From Nanobdellota archaeon (GTDB lineage Archaea; Nanobdellota; Nanobdellia; Pacearchaeales; GW2011-AR1): 64,000 bases of DNA. The DNA lies in NCBI GenBank assembly GCA_038045705.1, contig JBBSXO010000005.1:15371-79370 (forward strand), written 5' to 3'. The notes under the pieces are model-generated. The model did no database searches. It was not told where the DNA came from and saw only the letters and a program-made list of their open reading frames with translations. Positions 57,878 to 64,000 of this stretch are shown here, one piece after another. The position numbers and the translations under genes were made by a program. Positions within the stretch are counted from its first letter, which is position 1. The number at the start of each line of letters is the position of its first letter.

Positions 57878-58234
57878 TTAGGCAGTCTTTCGCGACAATC
57901 CAACAATCGACAGACACCCAACCAATCCAGCCAGAATCAACTCGCCGCGCCAGGTCATTAGGAGCCAGTTGCCAACGCAGCCACAGACGGCCGGCCGCAC
58001 GACGATGGCGTGCCCTGTCCCTAAGAACGCAATCACGACCCCGACGAATAGCCCAAGGCGTCGATACCGACTCCAGCAAAGCAGCACGGCAGTTGCAGTT
58101 TCGAGAAGCGTGACTCCCCAATAAAGAGACTGTGAATACGAAACACCCACTGGGACACCGCCAACAACTTTGGCGACGGCGACCGTGCCAAGCAATACCG
58201 CCAACACCAAAGGCACAACTATCCCTCTAGCCAT
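57878..58234 (-). CDS. DoxX/MauE-like small polytopic membrane protein
   Basis: 'MARGIVVPLVLAVLLGTVAVAKVV...GLFVGVVIAFLGTGHAIVV...LAGLVGCLSIVGL' has 3-4 TM helices. The longer listed ORF (to 58360) would overlap the next gene, so the internal start was chosen. Confidence 0.4.
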   Translation of the reverse strand: MARGIVVPLVLAVLLGTVAVAKVVGGVPVGVSYSQSLYWGVTLLETATAVLLCWSRYRRLGLFVGVVIAFLGTGHAIVVRPAVCGCVGNWLLMTWRGELILAGLVGCLSIVGLSRKTA

Positions 58235-58281
58235 AGCCTTACCATGGTTTGTTGTCCGACCGAGTCCACCGTTTGCTCCCG

Positions 58282-58884
58282 CTAGTCTATTGGCGGCATC
58301 GTTAGGGTGTAGCAGCTGAAATTGCAATCTCGGCAAATTGCCACAAGCTTCAGCTGGCACTCAGCTGCAGGTGGGCAAGCAGTGCCTACACAGGCAGCAA
58401 GGGAACGTGTCACTTTGCACTCACTCCATGTGTTGCACCCAGCTGCAGACGCCACAAGTGGGTCGCCGCTCTCTGTTGGCCCTACGAAGAACCCCCAGTC
58501 GGTACAAGTTGGGCCAGTGGTCGTACCGTCGAAGTTCCTTCTGGTATAGCAGTAGCTATCCGCGTGAGTAGTCGCATTTCCGCCACGGAACAATGGCATC
58601 GACACAGTCATTATGCAAGTAGGAGTCGACTCTATGCACTGGCGAAGTTCGTTCTCCTCTTCGCAAACACAATAACCGTCTCCAGTAGCATCAACCATGA
58701 CGAAATCGTACAAGTCTCCGCCGTAGCAAGGCGGCGGGACGGCGCCAATGTCGGGTCCATAACCGTACTGCGGCTTGCACCCATACCACTCACAATCGGT
58801 ATCGATCGGACTATCGACCGCCGCGCTTGCTGCGATCGAGAGAAACATTGGCACCAAGAAGACGCCGACGAACGATGAAGTCAT
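58282..58884 (-). CDS. Secreted disulfide-rich protein
   Basis: The signal peptide is 'FVGVFLVPMFLSIAASAAVDSP'. About 24 Cys occur in 180 aa with CxC/CxxC spacing. Confidence 0.45.
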   Translation of the reverse strand: MTSSFVGVFLVPMFLSIAASAAVDSPIDTDCEWYGCKPQYGYGPDIGAVPPPCYGGDLYDFVMVDATGDGYCVCEEENELRQCIESTPTCIMTVSMPLFRGGNATTHADSYCYTRRNFDGTTTGPTCTDWGFFVGPTESGDPLVASAAGCNTWSECKVTRSLAACVGTACPPAAECQLKLVAICRDCNFSCYTLTMPPID

Positions 58885-58908
58885 GAGAGAGTCCTTATTT
58901 CTTGTTGG

Positions 58909-59736
58909 TTACTTACCATCCCATGTAACGCGTCCCTGAATGTTGCTTAGTAGTTGTTTTGCTTCCTCAGACGTAATAGTGCCTTCACGACAGAACCATA
59001 CTACAATCAAACCTAGCAGCTCTCGTCCCTTTTCATGCATTACCGCCTCTCCAAGTGAGCTTCCGGGCATCATATCGCGATTCGCCATATGCACTGTATC
59101 ACCAATTGTCTGAATCATGTTGTAGCCACTAGCCTCTGGCGGCAACACGCCTGAGCGAAACCGTGTTCCGCGTGGCAGAGTGACGGTTGCAGTCCCGCTC
59201 TTAGCTCGGAGTTCGGCCATTTCCTTTGCGGCGATCTCATGTCGAACGCGCAAAATGTTTAGCAGCTCACGTTGCGGGCCACGGAGCAAACCCTCCAGCT
59301 CGCGCCTCTTGTCAGGGGGTAAGTAAACGTCGCGCGGGTTTAGCATTTCATGCCGGAACAGGCTATTCGCTGTAACCGCTACTGCAGACGTGATGATATA
59401 CCTAGTGAGAGGGTATCTCTGAACACGGATAGCCTGCCACTCCGCGTCCGATTCAGGACTCGGCGCATGCTCATTCGTACTCTGAGCATTTGGTTCGAAA
59501 GACTCTAAGCTGTCATAGTCTACTGTACTATTCGCGGAAGAGAGAACGGCGGTTGCAAGAGCTTCGGCATCGCCCGTACCTGACGTGGGCACGATTGCGT
59601 CTCCCGGAGTGACGACCAACGGCGTTGGCCGCGGTATTCTTGCAAGCCAGACACCAACAGCGATTCCTGAGAGCGCGACTAGCGCCAAAGCCCAGCGGTG
59701 CTTTTTCGAGGTAGCCAAGTTAACCTCTCGATGCAA
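58909..59736 (-). CDS. Membrane-anchored hypothetical protein
   Basis: An N-terminal TM helix 'WALALVALSGIAVGVWLA' is followed by a ~240-aa soluble domain. The codon usage is GC-rich and consistent with its neighbours. Confidence 0.4.
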   Translation of the reverse strand: MHREVNLATSKKHRWALALVALSGIAVGVWLARIPRPTPLVVTPGDAIVPTSGTGDAEALATAVLSSANSTVDYDSLESFEPNAQSTNEHAPSPESDAEWQAIRVQRYPLTRYIITSAVAVTANSLFRHEMLNPRDVYLPPDKRRELEGLLRGPQRELLNILRVRHEIAAKEMAELRAKSGTATVTLPRGTRFRSGVLPPEASGYNMIQTIGDTVHMANRDMMPGSSLGEAVMHEKGRELLGLIVVWFCREGTITSEEAKQLLSNIQGRVTWDGK

Positions 59737-60520
59737 GCTGGCCGTGAGCCAGCAGAAGAAGTCGAGTGGAGCAACTGCAAGAGACGGTAACGGGTGTTGC
59801 GCTAGAAGTCAATAGAGAAGCAGAATCTTGCAGCTAGCAACCGGGTCTGGATCTCACCCTGGAACAAGCGACCGAGCTTGCTGCCACCGGCAGTGGTGGC
59901 CGCGAGTGGCCGCGGTGACATGTTGTTAATTTGCTACTTGTACAAGACATCGCCTCTCCGTAACGGATGGAGGATGCTCATCCCAGTATTCGAGGAGAGG
60001 CGGGCCGCAGCTCTGGAAGCCGCGGAACGTAGGAAGCCCCGTCGGGTGATTCACGCAACCTCACCGGAAGGACACGATCCAGGGCCGCCTCGTACCAGGC
60101 CGCCAGTTCCTCGCGCCGCGCTGGGCGCTCGCCAAGTTCGATTCTTCGCATGGCGACACCTGCCCGCCTCAGCGGCGCGATCCAGGAACAGCGGCTCACC
60201 CATGCCTGGCAGACGACCCTGTTCCACGGCAACCACACCCATGCCGAACCGGTGGACAAACCGCCCCGTCCAAAGGAGCCCAGCAGCAACGTTCGCCAGC
60301 AATACCACGAGAAGTGATCGGAGCGTTCTCCCACACCATACGAGCTTCCATCCCGAAAAGCGAAGTACTGGTAGCTCAAGCCTTGAGCGCCGAGATACGC
60401 GACGGTATCGAACGGAGATCTTGAGATACGTGCAACCAATCGCGACGGCTACAGACACAGCTAATGGGCAACCTACTGGCACTTCCATACGAGTCCTTCC
60501 TTGCGTTCGGTTGCCACTAT

Positions 60521-60859
60521 CTAGAGCGTATAGACCAGTCTTGGTCTGGAGTCCGCAGGATCGCAGACAGCTTCATACAAGTAGATGACTGGTTGCCGGT
60601 TGGCATCGAGTATCTGATACCTACGAAGTTGCGGTGGCAGGTCCTGACGGCGAATACGTCGACCATCGTGTTCGAGCGATTTGAGTGCAGTGGCCACAGC
60701 AGACAGCGACTCCCCCAGCGCTACGCTGATTTGACATGTGGACTGAGGACCCTCATCGAGTAAATACGCCACCACACGATCCTCCAACGCTCCTACGTCG
60801 TGGATAGAAGGGGAGTCCCCGCCATAAAGCCCGCCTATGCTCATGTCTGTTCTCAACAC
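60521..60859 (-). CDS. Putative winged-helix transcriptional regulator
   Basis: 'LEDRVVAYLLDEGPQSTCQISVALGESLSAVATALKSLEHDG' has a wHTH pattern. Confidence 0.4.
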   Translation of the reverse strand: MLRTDMSIGGLYGGDSPSIHDVGALEDRVVAYLLDEGPQSTCQISVALGESLSAVATALKSLEHDGRRIRRQDLPPQLRRYQILDANRQPVIYLYEAVCDPADSRPRLVYTL

Positions 60860-61249
60860 CTGAGAGATTAAGAAGGTGCGCCACTACTACCTTGTAGTGC
60901 CTGGATTCTATTTATCCAATTTTCGTTTGAGTCAGTCTTTGGGAGTAAGCTCGACAACCCTCGAAAACGGGAAGAACGTTATCAATCTAAACGACCCGAG
61001 TTTGGCAAGCAACCACAATTCTCGATTGAGCCATGACGACCATCGGTATGGCAGCTACTTGTGAACACCGTCAGCGTGGCCAATGGTATTATCATCGAGG
61101 TAGGAATCCTCCTGCACCGGCGAACGACTGGGTCGCGCACCCCGGGTCCCTTCTTCGCCAGCTTTTGCCAAGTGAACTCCATCGTCGAGCTGAACGGCCT
61201 GAACGAGAACCGTACTCCGTAGGCCACATGGGAACGGCATTGGCGACTT

Positions 61250-61915
61250 TCACTTTGGCGGTGGCACAGTTTGACCAAAGGTAAGTGAATCGATCCCAAG
61301 GAGTTTGCGGGAGAACTCCTCCTGAATCGCTGCATGAGTCCTTCTCCTCGTTCTCTCAAACAATGCGAGAAGTGTTGGTGCAACCGTGTGTGTTGGCACC
61401 ACCTGAGTGGACTCCATGGTCTCAAGCGGTCCTCGCCATGACTGTCGGACGGCAAGTAGCTCCAAGTCTTCGGCCACAACAATCCCAAGGCCAAGAAGAT
61501 TGCTACGTACATTAGTGAATGCGTCCCAAACGGCGGCTTCGATCCTTAGCCAGTCGTTGGCGTTGCGATCATCTTCTCCGCGGACCCTGGATAGGAGTTG
61601 ATCACGGGTGCTACTCGTCACTCCGGAATACGTGTCAGCGTTTTCCATGGCCTTCGCAAGCCAACTGTCGATTTCGAATCTCCTTTTGATCGTCCCTTGA
61701 AGCGTAATCGTCTCCGCCCTCGCAGCTTCCTGTTCGAGGTTCGCGCTGATGCATGCTGCGGCCGTAAACCCGACCATGGCGACCAAGGTAGCCCATCCCT
61801 TTCCATTCAGCTTGTACCTGGTTTTACCATCGTAGCGCCGTATTTGCGTCTTGCAAGTTAGCCACTCGGCTGCGAGGCCACAGAGAGCTACGGCGATTAC
61901 GAAAACCACAGTCAC
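61250..61915 (-). CDS. Hypothetical membrane protein
   Basis: It has two N-terminal hydrophobic helices and a coding-like 221-aa frame. Confidence 0.35.
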   Translation of the reverse strand: MTVVFVIAVALCGLAAEWLTCKTQIRRYDGKTRYKLNGKGWATLVAMVGFTAAACISANLEQEAARAETITLQGTIKRRFEIDSWLAKAMENADTYSGVTSSTRDQLLSRVRGEDDRNANDWLRIEAAVWDAFTNVRSNLLGLGIVVAEDLELLAVRQSWRGPLETMESTQVVPTHTVAPTLLALFERTRRRTHAAIQEEFSRKLLGIDSLTFGQTVPPPK

Positions 61916-62120
61916 ATTTACTGCTCCGAGTTAGCTGTACTAGTTCACTGCAGGCATGTAGAGTCTTGAGGTCCAACACAAGTAAATGCTCACTGCCCTA
62001 TGTCTGGAGGTAAACCGCCACACGACGATGGCGCTCCTGGTATCGGTTCAGGGGACGCTGGGGAACGCTTTAGCTGACTCCCAAGCGCGCAATATTCTAA
62101 CCAACGAAGGTTGAAGCCGG

Positions 62121-63110
62121 CTAGCGTATGATCGTGGCTTGGCTTGATGCGATACCCATCGCAAACAATGGTGAGAACGTAATGCACTGTGTTACGGCTG
62201 ACAGTCCCGAAGCTGGCCCTGAATACGTGACTGGAAGTCCGGCCACACCTCCTGTGAAGAATAGGAGCGGATCGTTGACGTCGAAGTTCACCAAGATACC
62301 TGGAAGGCTTGGGGAGTTTGGGACAGCGGGACGAAAGCTCACCGCGACGAAGTGTAACGCTTGGGCGTCATTAGAATTGATCATAATTGTGGCAACTCCA
62401 ATCCCGGGAACGGTGGCTAGGCAATACGCAGATCCGATGGCTCCGTTTACGTAGAGACGTGCCTCGGGCTTGTTCTCCTGGTAACTTGGCAATAGTCCAC
62501 CGGTTACCCTGACAGTGTACTCCTCGATGTCACCGAAGAAAGAACCGGACGGTGGTGGAGGCCCAGGGTGACCGAACCCAACCCTTATGCGAGTCTCCGC
62601 AACGGCATTGCTAGGAACTCGAATACTTGCGCTGAAGAACACGACCTGGTTGACGCTCACGAGGTTCAAGTCGTAGCGCTCACCAGCGTCGTCGAAGTAC
62701 CGATTGCCATTCCAATCGACGTACGCCCGTGCTTGTCCGATGAGCCCATTGTTGAAGACACCAAGGGTTAGGAGCACTGTCTGGCAGGGAACCACTATAG
62801 CTGTCTGGTTAAGGAAGCTTGAGAAGCCAGAAAACCCCGGTGGACACAGGGGGCTGGGTATCGTTGTGTCATTCACGACACTAGCGAAAGACACCAAGTT
62901 TACGTACGAGCGAAGAAACCCAAGATGACACACGTCACCTACCGTTGTCGGATAGGCCTCCAGGTTGGTATTGACGCAGAGGTTGACCGTGGGGCACTGG
63001 GTTATGAGCGGCCGGCTGAATGGGATTACCATCAGCAAAAACAACACGCGTGAAGACATCGCCATGGGACGTGTGGTATGAGTTGGTAGTGTGGTTCGAG
63101 GTGGTCGCAT
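62121..63110 (-). CDS. Secreted hypothetical protein (start probably at MAMSS.., ~63065)
   Basis: A signal-peptide-like 'MAMSSRVLFLLMVIPFSRPL' follows a non-hydrophobic leader. The body is Gly/Pro/Val-rich. Confidence 0.4.
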   Translation of the reverse strand: MRPPRTTLPTHTTRPMAMSSRVLFLLMVIPFSRPLITQCPTVNLCVNTNLEAYPTTVGDVCHLGFLRSYVNLVSFASVVNDTTIPSPLCPPGFSGFSSFLNQTAIVVPCQTVLLTLGVFNNGLIGQARAYVDWNGNRYFDDAGERYDLNLVSVNQVVFFSASIRVPSNAVAETRIRVGFGHPGPPPPSGSFFGDIEEYTVRVTGGLLPSYQENKPEARLYVNGAIGSAYCLATVPGIGVATIMINSNDAQALHFVAVSFRPAVPNSPSLPGILVNFDVNDPLLFFTGGVAGLPVTYSGPASGLSAVTQCITFSPLFAMGIASSQATIIR

Positions 63111-63255
63111 GCGTCAGTGCCGAGTCAGCATTCGCATGAGTTCCGAATTCACAAAGTAGCGGCTGATTGAATGTTTCTGACACAAACTGCTGGATCAATA
63201 CGGATACTGCCTCTGTGGTTTCATGATTGATGGCTTTCTTGACTGAATGCCTATT

Positions 63256-63915
63256 CTATTCTAGAAACTCAAGCGCTTCCTTCAACAGTTTTGCGACCTT
63301 GTCCTTCTCGATCTGGGGGGCGTCCTTTGTAATCGAGAACGGATAGACACGCAGACCATCCTTGCTCTTCTTGATGTAGAGCTTCTTGCGACCAGGTTGC
63401 CGCTTGCCTGCCTCCTGACGGAGGACACGCTTCAACTGCTTAGCGCTGAGAGTCTCCGACTCGATACGCTTCTTCCACTCCGAAGGACTCTCGACGCCAA
63501 AGTCGTGCAGCGCCTTGGCGTGCGCCATCGTGACGATCTTGCCGTCGAGGCATTTCTGTAGCGCGCTCGAGAAGCTCAACAGCTCCAGATAGCGATCAAC
63601 CTGCTTTTGGGAGAGGCCGAAGAGTTCCTGGAGATCGTTCTTCTTCAGACCCTGCCTTTGCGCCAACCAGAGGGCATTGGCTCTATCCACCGGTGCCAGA
63701 TTCTTGCGCACGACATTCTTCGTGAACGCGACCCGAAGCGCCTGGTTGTCGGCCATCTCGTGCACGACAGCCTGAATCGAGGACCAGCCCAGTTCCTGCG
63801 CGGCCCTGCAGCGTCTGAAGCCATCGATGATCCGATACGGCTTCGGGCCGAGGAGATCGACGGGTTGCTCGAGTCCATCGTGCTCCAGGCTGCGCCGCAC
63901 ATCTGCAACGGCCAT
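63256..63915 (-). CDS. ParB/Srx-like N-terminal domain protein (partition-type)
   Basis: 'KPYRIIDGFRRCRAAQELGWSSIQAVVHE' is the ParB N-terminal (GxRRxxA) box. A helical C-terminal half follows. Confidence 0.65.
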   Translation of the reverse strand: MAVADVRRSLEHDGLEQPVDLLGPKPYRIIDGFRRCRAAQELGWSSIQAVVHEMADNQALRVAFTKNVVRKNLAPVDRANALWLAQRQGLKKNDLQELFGLSQKQVDRYLELLSFSSALQKCLDGKIVTMAHAKALHDFGVESPSEWKKRIESETLSAKQLKRVLRQEAGKRQPGRKKLYIKKSKDGLRVYPFSITKDAPQIEKDKVAKLLKEALEFLE

Positions 63916-64000
63916 GGAAACGCGGCACTGAAACGTCGTGTTCGACGAGTCGATGTCTGCAAGGCTGATGGTCTGGTAGGCACCATCGAGTGCTTTGGGA

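Noticed and set aside
57614-58121. Overlapping ORFs on both strands between the integrase and the DoxX-like gene
   Set aside because: They mutually overlap in GC-rich DNA with no motif in any frame. It is likely a short intergenic or att-proximal region, or a single small gene whose frame cannot be resolved by eye.
59878-60588. 236-aa + strand ORF rich in R/P/S/T in the GC-rich segment, with overlapping minus-strand ORFs at 59978-60488
   Set aside because: Its composition is typical of off-frame translation of GC-rich DNA. Long ORFs in several frames are expected at 60% GC, and none of the frames shows a motif. The true coding frame of this 0.6-kb stretch could not be decided.
1-64000. CRISPR array or diversity-generating retroelement
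   Set aside because: No regularly spaced repeats longer than 20 nt were seen. No reverse-transcriptase ORF (YxDD) was present. The only repeats seen are the short intergenic motifs reported above.

Overview
The window contains two compositionally distinct parts. Positions 1 to about 56,100 are very AT-rich (roughly 30% GC) and look like a chromosomal segment of a small-genome archaeon, probably DPANN-like. The archaeal markers seen directly are: proteasome alpha and beta subunits; a Mre11-Rad50 operon; an aCPSF1 (KH plus beta-CASP) gene; an aRNase J-like gene; RtcB with archease; archaeal class I CCA-adding enzyme; SBDS; ArgRS; a Pop5-like RNase P protein; a presenilin-like intramembrane protease; and many proteins with class III (type IV pilin) signal peptides. 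Recurrent BRE/TATA-like motifs (AAACATTTAAATA) sit upstream of start codons. This part also carries several accessory regions. Positions 125-7907 form a glycosylation cluster: a GT2 enzyme, a flippase-like membrane protein, two GT-C membrane glycosyltransferases and a LamG-like secreted protein. Positions 38.5-47.4 kb form a type IV pilus-like locus with a FlaI/TadA-type ATPase, two T2SSF-type platform proteins and at least seven pilin-like genes. Two giant Cys-rich membrane-anchored surface proteins lie at 30.7-35.6 kb. At least six toxin-antitoxin-like modules are present: DUF433/DUF5615, AbrB, MNT/HEPN, PIN/RHH, MazF and AbiE-like. A sigma-70/ECF-like protein lies next to psmA. A 257-nt GC-rich structured ncRNA candidate lies at 47.48-47.73 kb. 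A tRNA-Thr and an intron-containing tRNA-Leu bracket a small accessory island (51-56 kb) holding a decayed P-loop gene, a mucin-like repeat protein and a truncated MutS-like ATPase. Exactly at the 5' end of the tRNA-Leu gene (about 56.23 kb) the composition switches to roughly 55-65% GC for the rest of the window. That GC-rich segment starts with an intact tyrosine integrase and ends, inside the window, with a ParB-like gene. Between them are a DoxX/MauE-like membrane protein, a disulfide-rich secreted protein, a wHTH regulator and further membrane or secreted hypotheticals. It is either a recently acquired integrative element of foreign, high-GC origin or an assembly chimera joined at the tRNA. 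No CRISPR array, rRNA or reverse transcriptase was found.
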